Assembly (NCBI RefSeq): GCF_006345805.1 | Contig: NC_043005.1 | Span: 80,352,001 to 80,416,000, forward strand | Direction of reading: 5' to 3' | From: Octopus sinensis | Taxonomy: Eukaryota | Length of the DNA stretch: 64,000 nt | Shown: positions 40,691 to 55,585 of the stretch, piece by piece | How positions within the stretch are numbered: position 1 is the first letter of the stretch | How the letters are laid out: every line of letters begins with the position of its first letter | Notes under the pieces: model-generated | What the model saw: the letters and a program-made list of their open reading frames with translations, nothing else | The model's database searches: none | What the model was told of the DNA's origin: nothing | Position numbers and translations under genes: made by a program

Positions 40691-41051
40691 AAGCTAGCTA
40701 CCTATCCTATCCCTTTTGATCGAAATTTTACCTTTATTATCTCATTTTTTCCTCTTTTTCGTTTTCATTTTCGAAAAGAAAACTTTACATTTGTATTTTT
40801 CCCCTCTGTGTTCAGCCCTGTGTGGCCAATAAAGAAAGTTATCTATCTGTCTATCTGTATCTCCATATGTGGGTATCTGCATATCTACATATGTATGTAT
40901 CTATATCTGCATATGAATATGTAGGTGTGTAGATTTTATCGATTGCTGTATTCGAGTCACAGTTCTTTGTACCTGGCGTTATATTTCAAGCTACTCCTTA
41001 TAATGAACTGTAAATGAGTATCAGATGATTGCTTTGTCCCTTTCGCTCTCA

Positions 41052-41093
<42 letters not shown>

Positions 41094-41669
41094 ATCTCTC
41101 CATCTTCTTTATCTTTCTCTTCATTTCTCCCTCTCTTTCCATTTCCCACTCGTTCTCTCTTTCAATCCCAGGTTCGAAGAATGTCTGTGTGCTTAAGTCT
41201 GCTCATGGCTATGCAGGCACCAAAAATGATCAGCACTGCCATGTAGCATATCTCCAAATTTTAAACGCTCGAGATAGACGGCTTTATTATATTTCTGTAA
41301 CTATGTACAAATGTATGCGTATATGCATATGTCTCGATGTACTTGTACATACAGGTACGCATGCGTGTATGTGTTTGTAGATATACGTTTATGCATGCAT
41401 GTGTATGCAAATAAAAATCACATACATGCTCTCAAAACACACACAAATAATGAAGGCCTCCGTAAATCTAGCAGATCATAGGTCTGCGTCTAGAAGACTC
41501 TGTTTAGCCTTTGCCGATAGAAAAACATCTTCAGTGCTTTTCGAGGACACGAGTATGTCACTTCTGGCTACAGTGACCGCATCTAAAGTCAATGTTTACC
41601 AACCTTGTCTCGGTTTTTTCTTCCCAATGATTTTGTTTGACTATATCAGCTAACCGCAAGCTTTTTTTT

Positions 41670-41861
41670 TCTCTTTGCCAACACACCTACACCTGTTAAT
41701 TATTGAAGTCAACAGATATGATATAGTTCTCAAATTATATATATATATATATATGTATATGTGTGTGCGTGAGTGTGTGCCTGGGTGCAGGTATATATAT
41801 GCATATGTATGTACATATACATATACATGCATATATATATATTCATATACACACACACACT

Positions 41862-41932
<71 letters not shown>

Positions 41933-42116
41933 AGGTATGTATAGTTTACGTAGTCGTTGGGGATGTGGACCAGAATGTTAAATTTGGTTTCATGGCTATT
42001 ATTACATTTATCAACATAAACATCCGGATGAAGCAAAGTTTTAGAATCCCTGAAATCTGGGTCACGCAAAGTTTGGAAGTTTGCATCGCATAAATATCTA
42101 TGCATTTGCATATCTT

Positions 42117-42120
<4 letters not shown>
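41670..42120 (+). repeat. Segment duplicated in inverted orientation at 46800-47190
   Basis: Shared unique sequence and the same order of microsatellites. Confidence 0.8.
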
Positions 42121-42150
<30 letters not shown>

Positions 42151-42169
42151 ATATATATATAAACATATT

Positions 42170-42660
42170 TCTTCTAAAAAGAGATTCTTTAAGTAACCTT
42201 CTTCTTGACATGCGGTGAACGTAACCTGAACTATGGAGGTGTAATTTTTGCAATAAATTCAGAAGATCGTGTAACCGTGTGCGAAGCAGAAACTCATTTT
42301 CGAGGCTTCGTCAGTCAACTTGATGTCCAAGATTCATCTCACGTCTCATAGCTGGAATACGCTGACTCACCGCATTTGTCTGGAAGTATATTCTCTTGAT
42401 CGTAGCACCGTGATAGAATTCTAGTAGACTGTTGTCCGGGTGTGCTCCGTTAACTTAATATTCTTCCTGGATCGTTTTGTAAGCATGACTTATGTGAAGA
42501 CTGTTCCGCCACTGCGTCTCTTGATCTCAAACTATAGAGAGATAGATGTTGTCCTTGCGGACAGATCGAGGTATGTGAATACGCAGACTACACTCTGCTC
42601 GCGATTGTTATCAATCATATTGTCCCAGCAAGTTCGTCTTCTACACAAGACTTTATAGAC
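42170..42660 (-). mobile_element. Decayed Penelope-like RT-thumb / GIY-YIG fragment
   Basis: Stop-interrupted translation (ETQWRNSLHIS, ATIKRIY, REMNLGHQ) resembles PLE thumb and endonuclease segments. Confidence 0.45.
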
Positions 42661-42719
42661 GCTTTCGAGACTGTCCAAAAAGAGTTGCAGTTGATTTGCT
42701 GTTACTGTTGCTGTTGAGC

Positions 42720-43061
42720 GAAGCGGTCTTCGTCCCAGAGCGCGCAATATGGGAGAAGTCCGAAACGTGGTCCTTAGCTATTCGTAAGACCCGCAGAAGA
42801 GAAAGCAGGTCAACCCCCGCCATCGAGGGCTTCGACAGATGGATGAATGCGTACCCAGGCGCAGTGGTTGCGTAGGAAGTAGGGGACAAGAAACAGGAAG
42901 AAAGAGTGAGAGAAAGTTGGAGCGAAAGAGTACAACAGGAGCCTCGTGGAGCTTTAGGTGTTTTCGCTCAATAAACACACACAACGCCCGGTCTGGGAAT
43001 CGAACCCGCGATCCTCCGACCGAGAGTCCGCTGCCCTAACCCCTGGGCCATTGCGCCTCCA
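42720..43061 (-). mobile_element. SINE group A with tail T2
   Basis: Reverse complement of the 35298-35632 type. Confidence 0.9.
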
Positions 43062-43192
43062 CTTGCAGTTGCTCTTCCGCGTGTGTTGACAATATCGCAT
43101 CATTTACAAAGAATATAAGACAGGTACGGCCTTATTAGCATACCTAAGGTTCCCCACTGTATTGAGATAGGTTGAGTAGTTTCCGACAGAAC

Positions 43193-43593
43193 CTGGCAGG
43201 GCACTCCGTCGATTGCCACGACGAGTGTTCCAGTTTTATCCAATCAACGGAGCAGCGTACTCGTAAAATTGTCGTGCAAGTGGCTAAGCACGAGTGCCCT
43301 CAACGAAGTACTCATGGAGAGACAGCGTGACAGACGGAATGCGACAAAGCTGGTCCCTTTGAATAACAGGTATAACTGCAAGGCGGCGAGCTGGCAGAAA
43401 CGTCAGCACGCCGGGCGAAATGCTTAGCGGTATTTCGTCTGCGTTACGCCGAGGTCGACTTTGCCTTTCATCCTTTCGGGGTCGATAAATTAAGTACCAG
43501 TTACGCACTGGGGTCGATGTAATCGACTAAATACCTATGTCTGTCCATGTTTGTCCCCTCTGTGTTTAGCCCCTTGTGAGTAATAAAGAAATA
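43193..43593. mobile_element. T1 tail fragment (-) next to a SINE B1 copy (+, 43380-43593)
   Basis: Similarity to the copies above. Confidence 0.8.
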
Positions 43594-43834
43594 GGTATAA
43601 CTCGATTTTGCCAGACATGTGGACTGGTGCAGCGTGAAATAAAACATGCTCAGGGACACCACGTGCCGCAGGAAATCGAACTCACAACATTACGATCGTG
43701 AGCCGAATACATTACGCACTAAACCACGCGCCATCGCCGTATCTAGAGTGAAGGCAAATACCATCACATCTTTCAAAGGTGAACGAGTTTCTTAAAGGTG
43801 TCGGGGAAAGCACATTGATTTGTTTCACTACTCT

Positions 43835-44335
<501 letters not shown>

Positions 44336-44554
44336 TACGTCGAAAAATATTTCGAGGAAAAGATTTAAAAACGAATGACATGTTCATATCTGAGCGAAAT
44401 AATATCCATGGGAGAAGACAAACATACATACGTGCAGGTACGTGCGCGCACACACAGACACGCACACACACACAAACACACATAGATACATGTATAAGTG
44501 TATGCATATATATATATGTGTGTGTGTGTGTGCGTGTGTATGTGTGTGTGAGTT

Positions 44555-44589
<35 letters not shown>

Positions 44590-45144
44590 GTTTGCCTATG
44601 GGTGTTTAATCACACATATATATATACGTATATATTTGTGTATGTGCATGTGTGTTGGGGGCCGTGTTTTTGTGTGTATGTCCATGCATACATGTGCGTG
44701 CGCGCATGTGTGTGTGTGTGTATGTGTGTGTGTGTGACTGTACGTGTGTCTGCTGTGAAGATCATCTAAAATTTGTGTAAGGTATTTTACTGCTGGGACG
44801 TCCGCAACTTGACCAGTAACACAATTAGCGTAAACCGAATGTTTTCCTGACTCACCCACACCTGTAGCATTCATAAAATACATTTCTAGGGATGGTAATG
44901 AGAGAAGTAGGGATCAGTTGAGGCTATTGTTTACTCTCAGTGAAAAGTAATTGCAGCGATTGCCATCTAATGCAGCGTTACTTACGGTCTAGGTAACCAC
45001 TGTACCCGGTTTACTGTCTTATCGACCTCGGATGAAAGGCAAAGTCGTCCTCGGCGGGATTTGAACTCGGCGGGAAAGACAGACGAAATAGCGCTAAGCA
45101 TTTTGCCCGGCGTGCTAACGTTTCTGCCAGCTCACCACCTTCCA

Positions 45145-45600
45145 GACAGGAACATATCAGCATCGTTAAGCAAGTTATGTGGCAAGCTGGGTTAATATTC
45201 TGTATCATAGATTTGGTTTCATTTGTATACTACTTCTTGTTATTGTTTCTGTAGCCTTTGATACATTTTTACGGGATGCGGATGCTAGCCCTATGTCCAA
45301 ACCACCTCCTTTTTCATCCGGGCTTGGGACCAGCATAGGTCCCAAGCCCGGATGAAACACTTGAAGCAAAGAAATAGAAATGGCTGAGCCGAGCTTGTCG
45401 AACGCTTTGCGATTGGTTCCACGAGTTAAAAGACGACATGGCCGACCAAAGGAAACGTGGAGGAGAACAATAACAAAATATCTTAAAAGCAGAGGGTTAA
45501 CAATGGAACAAGCTGTCAAGGACGGTTTCTGTGTTATAAGATGGAAGCATTTTGCAGTCGGCTCAAGTGCCACAATGAGAATCGAATGAATGACTGACTG
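45145..45600 (+). mobile_element. RTE-clade LINE remnant: inverted 5' UTR piece joined to the 3' end
   Basis: 3' ORF end KRRHGRPKETWRRTITKYLKSRGLTMEQA is typical RTE; perfect 20-bp inverted repeat at 45312-45357. Confidence 0.8.
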
Positions 45601-45838
45601 AATGAATGAATGGATAAATAAGTAAATGAATAAAGCATATATATTGATATTGTTTTCAAATCCTGCATCATTCGCCGACTTATTATAATTCATCACTGTT
45701 TCAATGAACGATGTTTATCAAGCGCAGTAGAAGGTTATGTTATTCTCATAGAAATGGACAGTTTATCAATGTACAGTACATGATAATTAACTCTAAATTA
45801 TCGGTGTCAGAGCTTATACATATGTATGTGTAAGTGTA

Positions 45839-46140
45839 GTGGAGGCACATGGCCTAGTGGTTAGAGCAGCGGACTCGCGGTCGAGGGATCGCGGGTTCGA
45901 ATCTCAGACCGGGCGATCTGTGTGTTTATGAGCGAAACACCTAAGCTTCACGCGGTTCCGGCAGAAGGTAAGAGCGAGCTTCTGCTGATTCATTCGCCAC
46001 AACTTTCTCTCGCTCTTTCCTCCAGCATCTTGCAGCTCACCTGCGACGGACCGGCGTCCCGCCCTGGTGGGGGACCTATACGCCAAGGAAACCGGGAAAC
46101 CGGCCCTTATGAGCCAGGCATGGCTCGAAAAGGAAAAAAC
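45839..46140 (+). mobile_element. SINE subgroup A2 (tail T5)
   Basis: tRNA-Arg-like head; closely matches 63757-64000. Confidence 0.9.
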
Positions 46141-46249
46141 ATGTGTATGTGTGTGTGATGAGTAAAGGGGAATGTGTGTATGAGTGTGCGAGTTGAGATT
46201 TTGCCTAGACATAGCGACACTTATAACCTGGTCTTAGAATTCAATATTT

Positions 46250-46440
46250 ATACGTTTAGTATTTCATCTGTCTTTTTAAGTTCTTAGTTCAAATTCCGCC
46301 GAGATGGACTTTGCCTTTCATCATTTCGGGGTCAATAAATTAAGTACCAGTTGCGTGGGGGTAGGGCGGTCGAATCGACCGGCACCTTCCCCCAAAATTC
46401 CAGGCCTTGTGCATAGAGTAGAAAAGAATATTTCTACGTT
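46250..46440 (+). mobile_element. 5'-truncated SINE B2
   Basis: Core and TAGAGTAGAAAAGAAT tail. Confidence 0.8.
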
Positions 46441-46616
46441 TTAAAAAAAGTGTTCGTCGAGTGCAGAGAGTGATGAAAATATTAAATAAATGAGAAAGGT
46501 GGAAGAAATTAAGTAATGAACTTCATTAGCATACAGCAGTTTCTACTATAAGATGGAAGGGACTCCTGCATAGATGTTTCTGTTGCGCTCAGTGGTCCAA
46601 TATGGATATACATACC

Positions 46617-46733
<117 letters not shown>

Positions 46734-46763
46734 TATATAATATATATATATATTATATATATA

Positions 46764-46799
<36 letters not shown>

Positions 46800-46805
<6 letters not shown>

Positions 46806-47190
46806 ATTTGCAAAAGCACAGATATTCATCCGATGCAAACTTCCAACTTTGCATGTCCCAGAGGGCAAGGATGCTAAAACTTTCCTTCATCCGGATGCTT
46901 ATGCAATAATAGACGTGAAACCAAAGTTAACACTCTGGTCCACATATCCAACGGCAACGTAAACTATTCATACTTACACACATACGTACATGCATACATA
47001 AATACATACATACATATATATATATATATGTATGTATGTATATGTATATGAATATATATATATATGTATATGTATACGTACATATGTATGCATATATATA
47101 CCTGTACCCAGACACACAGACATACATACACATATATATGTTGAGAACTATATCATGTTTGTTAACTTCAATATTTTACAGGTGTAGGTG
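46800..47190 (-). repeat. Inverted copy of 41670-42120
   Basis: See 41670-42120. Confidence 0.8.
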
Positions 47191-47465
47191 TGTTTACGTC
47201 CCCGTTAAAATAGCAGTTCGTCAAAAATAATCGATAGAATAACTACCAAACTTTTAGAAATTACTTGTGTCGATTTATTCCACTTAACTCTTCAAGGCGG
47301 TGCCCCAGCATGGCCGCAGTTTACTTACTGAAATAAGTAAAATAAAAGATGTTACAAATTCTCCATACACTAGAAACCCCTTAACAAGTATCGCCCTAAC
47401 GAGAATTAGAATACCTTCGAGGGGCAACCCCTTAATATCAGTACATGGTAGTATATAAACCAATA

Positions 47466-48074
47466 TAAAAAGTCTGATAAAAAAGTATCGGGACTGGGGC
47501 TATAAAAGGGAAAATACCACTCTTATCAATTCGGAATTTAATGTCCTTTGAATCAATCCCCTTCCGACCGAGGACACACACTTAATCCAGCATCGTTTCC
47601 ATTAATGGAAATATTCATGGAACACCCTTTTTGAGGGTTATGGAGCAGGTGCCTCATCGCATTCACTTGGATTTCATCGACGTCTTGTAATATTGTTCTT
47701 TTCAAGTGGGATTTGAATTTTGGAAATATTCTTGACCGTCATAACCTTCAAGATGTTTCTCTTTCCATATATACACCTCTCTCTCTCTCTCTCTCTCTCT
47801 CTCCCTTGCTCTCACATACACACACACATAGACACACATACACACACACATATTTTTTTCTGCCATTGTCACTGACGGAATCTCTGTGTGGTGAGACGAC
47901 CACTTTCTACACACTTTATTCCCAAGCACTGCTATTAAAAAAAAACGGAATGTTATAACTCAGTGTGTTTGCGCGACAGAGTTCAACGTAAATCTGTGCC
48001 AAATGTACTCACTTTGCGTACTTTATCTCTGTTACCATAGCAACAGTCTCGATATTTTTTGATCAGATCTCGTA
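47466..48074 (-). mobile_element. Non-autonomous mariner derivative
   Basis: Imperfect TIRs (AGTCTGATAAAAAAGTATCGGGACTG and CAGTCTCGATATTTTTTGATCAGATCTCGTA) plus a transposase C-terminal remnant (WKRCWIKCV). Confidence 0.8.
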
Positions 48075-48429
48075 AACCACTGTAAACCTAGAAACCAAGA
48101 GTCCTTAAACAAAACAATCCTGTATGTCTAATGTATTCCAATTTCTTATAAACATACGACTGGAAATGTTTGCGATTCATTAATTGGTAATTGTTTGTGC
48201 CGGCGTTACCGGAAACTCAACCTTCTTGCATAAGAAGGAATCCGGCTTGACAGAGCTCAGCTCTTTATAAGATAATGACCCAAATCAGATACCATAGTTG
48301 CTGAAGGTTCAGAATTGAAATGAAATGATTCCTCGAGAATGAATGACACTTGGATATTTGACTCATCGTTTTAGAGACTCACCAACATATTACCTATTTC
48401 GTAGAGTCTTTAATTTTAATATGTTTGAT

Positions 48430-49290
48430 AATGAGGTGAACCGTCAGAATCGTTAGCACGCCGGACAAAATGTTTCCTGAGTCATTCATCTGACTTTACA
48501 TTCTGCGTTCAAATGCTGTCGATGTCGGCTGTTTTTTTTCTTATCCTTTCGCGCTCGATAAAGCAATTAATATCTGAGCACTGCAATCGATGTATCTGAA
48601 CTACACCTTACCTGAAAATTGCTGGCCTTGTGCCGAAATTTTAAACAAATACCAGTGTTGTATAAGGCGGTGAGTTAGTAGAATCGTTAGAACGCCGAAC
48701 TAAATGATTAGCGGCAATTCGTCTTTACGTTCTGAGTTCAAATACCGCCGAGGTTGGCTTTGCCTGTCATCTTTTCGGGTCGATAAAATAAGTACCAGTT
48801 GAGCATTAAAGTCGATGTATTAGATCCACACTCTCCCCTTAAATTGCTAGCCTTGTGCCAATATTTGAAACCAATTTAAATATGTCTAGTAATCCTATGA
48901 GCAGGGAGAAACATTAACACGCCGGGCGAAATACTTTGCGGTAAATTGTCGGTCTTTAAGTTCTGAGTTCAAACTACGCCGAGGTCCACTTTGCCTTTCT
49001 TCCTTTCGGGGTCGATAAATTAAGTACCAGTTGCGTACTGCGATCGATCTAATTGACTGGCTACTTCCCCAAAAATTTCGAGCCTTTTGCCCAGAATAGT
49101 AAAGAATGGTTAGCACCCAGTAGAAAATGCTTAGCTGCATTTCGTCCGTCTTTACATTCTGAGTTCAAATTCCGCCGAGGTCGACTTAGCTTTTCAGACT
49201 ATTTGGGACGATGAAATAAATACTAATAAAGTACTGAGATAGTAGTAATAGACTAACCACGCCTCACCTAAAATTATTGGCTTTGTGACA
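48430..49290 (+). mobile_element. Tandem cluster of four SINE B copies of different ages
   Basis: Repeated B core. Confidence 0.8.
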
Positions 49291-49361
49291 ATTCGAACGA
49301 TATATGTTGGTACCTGTTTGTGGAAGAATTCGTTTATTTCTTTAATTTTGTTTTTCCTGAG

Positions 49362-49760
49362 AAGCACAGGAGTGGCTTAGTGGTAAGTAGCTTGCTTACA
49401 AACCACATGGTTCCAGGTTCAGTTCCATGGCGTTGAACCTTGGTCAAGCGACTTCTACTATAGCCTCGGGTTGACCAAATCCTTGTGTGGATTTCGTAGA
49501 CGGAAATTGAAAGAAGCCCGTCATACATATATATGTGTGTGTGTGTGTGTGCACGCGCGCGCGTGTGTATTTGTGTGTCTGTCTTTGTCCTCCCACCATC
49601 GCTTAATAACCGACGTTGGTGTGTTTACGTCCACGTAACATTAACGGTTCTACAAAATGAGACCGATAGAAAAAGTACTAGGCTTACAAAAGAATAAGTC
49701 TTCGACTAAAGGCGGTGCTCCAGCATGGCAGCGGTCTGAAACAAATAAAAGATAAGAGAA
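49362..49760 (+). mobile_element. SINE group C
   Basis: Full head-to-tail similarity to other C copies. Confidence 0.88.
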
Positions 49761-49884
49761 TATACTATGATTGAGAATCTCAAGTGTAGAAAACTGAGAA
49801 CTGACACGAAATGATTCGCTGATAGGAAACGAAGCCTGTATTTTGTGACTCATTGTTTCGGAAGATCACCAACAAACTATACAT

Positions 49885-50275
49885 GTACTCTTTTACTATT
49901 TTACTTGTTTCATTCATTTGACTGCGGCCATGCTGGAACACCGCCTTTAGTCGAGCAAATCGGCCCCAGAAGTTATTCTTTGTAAGCCTAGTACTTATTC
50001 TATCGGTTACTTTTGCCGACCCGCTAAGTTACGGGAAGGCAATCACACCAGCATCGGTTTTCAAGCGATGCTGGAGAGACAAACACAGACACACAAACAC
50101 ACACACATATATAGATATACATATATACGACGAGCTTCTTTCAGTTTCCGTCTACCAAATCTATTCACAAGGCTTTGGTCGGTCCCAGGCTATAGTAGAA
50201 GACACTTGCCCACGTTGCCACGCAGTGGGAATGAACCCGGAACCATGTGGTTGGTAAGCAAACTACTTACCACAC
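49885..50275 (-). mobile_element. SINE group C, inverted relative to the preceding copy
   Basis: Same family on the opposite strand, ~125 bp away. Confidence 0.88.
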
Positions 50276-51809
50276 ATCCACTCTTTAATATAAATATTTT
50301 GATACAAGTTTCATCTCTGATGTTGTAGTGTCAATTACTTGATCATTCGTTATAAGAATTAGTCATAAATTTGATATTATTCTGATTGATACGTGTTCTG
50401 TCTATCTATCTATTTCTATATTTATTTATTTATTTATTTTATTTATGTCCATGCTTGGTGTTTGTTTTTTGTTTGATAAATTGTCGGAGATGGATTAAGA
50501 TAAAGTTTATTAGCCAGAAAGGGATTTGAACTGCTGGTGCTTAAGTAACTAGCAAAATACGTTACCCACCCGACCTATACATTTTTACATTTAATCATAC
50601 AGCCTATGTTACATGATTTCAAACACACATACAAACACAGATGCACTCAAACTTACAACAGCACGCGCACACACGCACACACATACGCACACTCACACAC
50701 ACACACACTCACACACTATTATGTTATATTATACATAATATAACATAATAGTGTGTGTTTGTGTGTGCAATTTTATGCATGCATATGTGTGTGTGCATGT
50801 ATGTATGTGTGTATGCATGGCTGTATACATGCGTGCATGTAAGTATGTAGATATGTATGTATAATTTAACATCACAGAAATCATTCTATTTCATCTCATC
50901 AGAGTGCTAAAACTATTTTATATATACATATTTATACATATACACATATATATTTTTTTGTTATTTTACTTTCTGTTGTCATTAACAATCAACCCCTCCC
51001 TTATGATTGGCAACCTCTATAATTGTTACTAGAGTGGGTGGAGTGAAATTTTAACGAAACGAATAAAAAATGGAGGGTTAGAAAAATAATGATCAATAGT
51101 TTCATTTTAAAAATCAAACACCCATGCTACCCGTTCTTGTTTATCGCTCAATAGAAATTTGAATATATACCAGTTAAACTGGGGGATAATAACTATAGTG
51201 AAGAATGAAAAAAATAATGTTTATTTGCTGTGCTGATACCACTAAAATGGGAGTGAGCGAGAAAGAAAAATGGCAGTATTGAGAGAGAAAATGTATGCGT
51301 GCGTGTATGTGTGCGTGTATGTGTATGTGTGGAAGAGACCAATATTAAATGAATTAACAATATTTTCGTGAGTTTTATCGACATTTCAGAAATTCATTTG
51401 TTTGTTTAATTTTTTCTTCTTTTACGCTACTCTATTCGGAAATTCGTCATTGAAAGACAGAAATTGCGGCCGTTTCTTCCCCGTTTTTTATCATTTCCTT
51501 TTTAACTTTAGCGTAATATGTTATTTCTATGTTTAATTCTGTTTCATCTGTTATTTTCGATAAATCATATATAAAATAGCCGGTTTTTATATGTTAAATT
51601 TTTCTTTCTTCTTTTAATATTCTTTTGACTATCTCGTTATTTATTTGTTGTAGTAGCTTTATATTAAATCTTAATTTTAAATTTCAATCATTTTTGTCAA
51701 AAACATAAGAAAAAATTTCTCTACATATTTCGGCCCTTCTCTCACTCTCTCAGCTTGCAAACAGTCATCCACTTACATAGATACATACACACAACGGTAC
51801 GCATCATAC

Positions 51810-52083
51810 ATACATACATACATACATACATACATACATACATACATACATACATACATACATGCATACATATATACATACATATATAGGTATATGTATA
51901 TTTATACATTTACATATACATATATATGTATATATATATATGTATATATATGTATATATGTATATGTATATATACATATACATGTATGTATATAAACATA
52001 TCTATATATGCACATATATATATAAACGTATATGCATATGCATATATATATAGATGTATATATATATATATATATTATAATAT

Positions 52084-52154
<71 letters not shown>

Positions 52155-52260
52155 ATTATATATAATATATGTATGTATGTATACATACACACACAAAGTT
52201 ATACATACATATATATATATATATATATTTAACATACATGCATATAAATATAATATGCAT
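51810..52260. repeat. (ATAC)n/(AT)n microsatellite field
   Basis: Direct inspection. Confidence 0.92.
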
Positions 52261-53389
52261 ATTTTTACTTCTGTAAGAAAAGTTTGTATGTGCCTGTGTA
52301 TGTGCGTTTCTGACACGTTTTTTAAAACGTTTCCAATGGAATTTGTTCGAATTTTTCATTAATCAATTAAAAAACCTTAAAAAGAATCAATACTGGAAGA
52401 ATATACAGAAATTTTCAATTCCAAATTGCTTCCTGAAATTATTAGAAATTTAGAATCAGCAAATATATTCACCACTTTTTAGGAAAACAAGGCACAGAAC
52501 AACAATAGCATCAATCTAAAGCACAAAATATGTACATTGTGGAATAAATATAATCACTTCAGTTTGAAGGCCTACCATTTTAATATTTTTTGGAACTTTA
52601 CAAAAAAATCGGCTCATCTGCTTGTAATATGCAATTAAATATATAGATATTTTTGTGGCTGGTTGCGGCGAAGTATAAGTGGTAATTTTATATATTGTCT
52701 ACTTTACGTTCGGTTTCGATTCATATTTGAAGCCATTTTAGTTCCATGATGTGCTGGTAATATTTTAACAAAAAGTGTAAACGAAGCAGCGAGTGAACCC
52801 CTTGTGTTACTGTTCGAACTTCTTAAAATAACAGTTAAATTATCCCTCAAACCATACCCCTCCGTCTCAGGAATTGGAGGACATATTAAACAATATTGTT
52901 ATAGATATACAAGAATTCAAAAGATTCGATAAAGGGCTGGCATGAATCTAAAAGCATTTCAACTTTGTGTTTCTCCTTACAAAAATAAAGGGCTTTATTA
53001 TTTTGTTTATATCTTATTGTCAGTAATACAAACCTAATGCAAACCAATATTTGATATATGTGTTTAAAGGCATGGCGTAGCTCTGTGGTAAGAAGTTAAC
53101 TCCTCGACCACTTGGTTCCGCGTTCAATCTCACTACGTGGCTTGTTGGCTACTTCTACTTTTATTTCGACGCGTTTGGAGATGATAAAAACTTTCTATTA
53201 GATCTACAAACAATAACGTTCCAAATGGCTGTCCTTTGGCTGTTGTCACGTTTCCTATGATTCTTGTGTATCATTACAATACTACTTGCAACAGACACAC
53301 AAAACAGCGTGAGAATTTTTAACACAATTGACCCGTAAGCGTAGTAAGATTAGTGTTTCCGTATATACATATATGATTCGCCATGATAC

Positions 53390-53560
53390 ATCGCTGGCCA
53401 CTACAAATTCTTTATTTTCTCTCCTTTTTTCTTTCTGTGTTCCTTTCTGTGTTCCTTTCGAGCATAGGGTCGAAACGTTAAAGACATCTTCACTTACCGA
53501 GCGTTAAACGAATACATTTGTTGGTTGTCTACACCACCTGTCTCCGTCTTTTAATTTTGT
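53390..53560 (+). mobile_element. Third copy of the GAGC-GTAG-GCTC hammerhead-type repeat (decayed)
   Basis: CGAAACGTTAAAGAC...CGAGCGTTAAAC...CACCTGTCTCCGTC shared with 25580-25810 and 29020-29200. Confidence 0.7.
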
Positions 53561-53568
53561 GAATTCTT

Positions 53569-53651
<83 letters not shown>

Positions 53652-54341
53652 AGGTTAATCCAAACGGGAAAACAGAAAAAACAACAACACGTGGAACAAT
53701 TAAAGTATTATTATTATTAGGCGCTCAGGAAAAATGGAAGAAATATATAACACATATATATATGCAAAATATACGCAAGGTATATATTCTGCCTGTGCCT
53801 GTTAGTGGTCAGACTGCGATTATAAACGTGAGAAAACATATTCTCATCAATGTGTCTGGTGTTCAAACACCTAAAAGTCATAGACGAGCGGCATAACACG
53901 CTTCTTTTCCAGTTACAGAAGCGATCGACTTTAACGTTTCGTCATTTTTGTGAGGTGTCAATACCACGCACACGAAACAAGACCAGATGCAAGATAACTC
54001 GCTATCTTTAACTTTATGCTATATTTTGTGAGAACCATCTGCTGGTATGGCCCAACAGTTCATACCACGGATAAAGTTCAAGTTACATCACAAGAATAAC
54101 GAAACTTTAATGTCTATCGCATCTGTAACGGGACGTGATGCTAGATAATTCGCTTGATGAGAATATATCCTTTTACGCCTATAATAGCAACATGCCCAGG
54201 AACTGGCAAAACACATACCTTGTGTATGTGTGTTCGATAATATATATATATGTATGTGTGTGTGTGTGTGTGTGTGTGTTTATGTATATATAAATATCTG
54301 TATGTATGTATATACATATACATGTATGCATGTATGTGTAT

Positions 54342-54373
<32 letters not shown>

Positions 54374-54583
54374 CATAAATCTTTAGGTAAATATATTCAC
54401 TAAGAATATTATGTACTGAATTTATATTGAGTGCTCCATTGTATAAAAATATTAATACTATCAAAGTATTTATCTATTTAATACGAGTGATATATACATA
54501 TATTTTTTAATAATATATTATTATTATTATTATTATTAATATAAGGATATTAATTTCCTTATATTAATAATAATAATATATTA

Positions 54584-54650
<67 letters not shown>

Positions 54651-55000
54651 TATATATATACTTGTATGTGATGTGTTTTCAATTAATGGAAACAAAACCT
54701 ATAAAACTCAAAAATTTGTTTTGAATGGAGACGAGATGTTATAATATATAAGAGAATTTTAATTCATGCAGACGATCGTTTCGTAGATAGATGTAAAAAT
54801 CATGCAAATTCATGGTTGAATTGCATTAATTTAATGAATTAAATTAATCATATATCAATGTACTCTTCATGGCAAGAAGTATAAACAAAATTTTTACAAA
54901 CGACTTGAGAGAAGAAATAGCAGAATAGAATCTAGGAAATTCATATTTATTCTTTTGAGAAAAAGAGATGTGAGTCCAGTTAGGTATTAACTATAATAGT

Positions 55001-55074
<74 letters not shown>

Positions 55075-55259
55075 TAGATATATGCATATAGATATGCAAA
55101 TATATTTGCATTATTTAACCCATGGTCAGCCCAGGTTATCGAAAGTTAATAAAGATGGTGGAAATAATTATCCTATAAGCATTTGTCCATGTTTCGTTTG
55201 TTTCTGTCTTCCCCTTTCTCTGTTATTACACACACACACACAAACACACTTATAAATAT

Positions 55260-55319
<60 letters not shown>

Positions 55320-55335
55320 CATATTATATTATATA

Positions 55336-55391
<56 letters not shown>

Positions 55392-55519
55392 TATATTAAA
55401 TTAAATATAAAACCACTATTAGGCAAATCATACAATGAAAAACTTAAGCCAATACCTAAGATTATTTCATTATATTATTTAAATATATAACAAAATTATA
55501 AAAAACATATAATTAATAT

Positions 55520-55585
55520 AACACTACGATCGTTTCATGGCTGGTAATTCTTTAAATTTTCGAGTTACAGTCATTCATCAGGTGG
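55520..55585 (-). ncRNA. Minimal type I hammerhead ribozyme motif with intact core, in a PLE-like terminal fragment
   Basis: Minus strand: CAC-CTGATGA-ATGACTGTAA...TTACCAGCCAT-GAAA-CGATCG-TA-GTG; palindrome ACGATCGT; GUA triplet. Confidence 0.75.

Noticed and set aside
41172-41300. Possible plus-strand exon after a long pyrimidine tract (SKNVCVLKSAHGYAGTKNDQHCH)
   Set aside because: The pyrimidine tract is a (CT)n microsatellite, there is no good donor site, and the peptide could be a decayed GIY-YIG fragment.
52400-52700. Possible Penelope endonuclease relic (AGCGE-like peptide); similar hints at 6800-7340 and 53720-53960
   Set aside because: Too decayed to support beyond a few residues.
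54800-54852. Octamer ATGCAAAT plus clustered TAAT sites
   Set aside because: Expected by chance at this AT content without conservation data.
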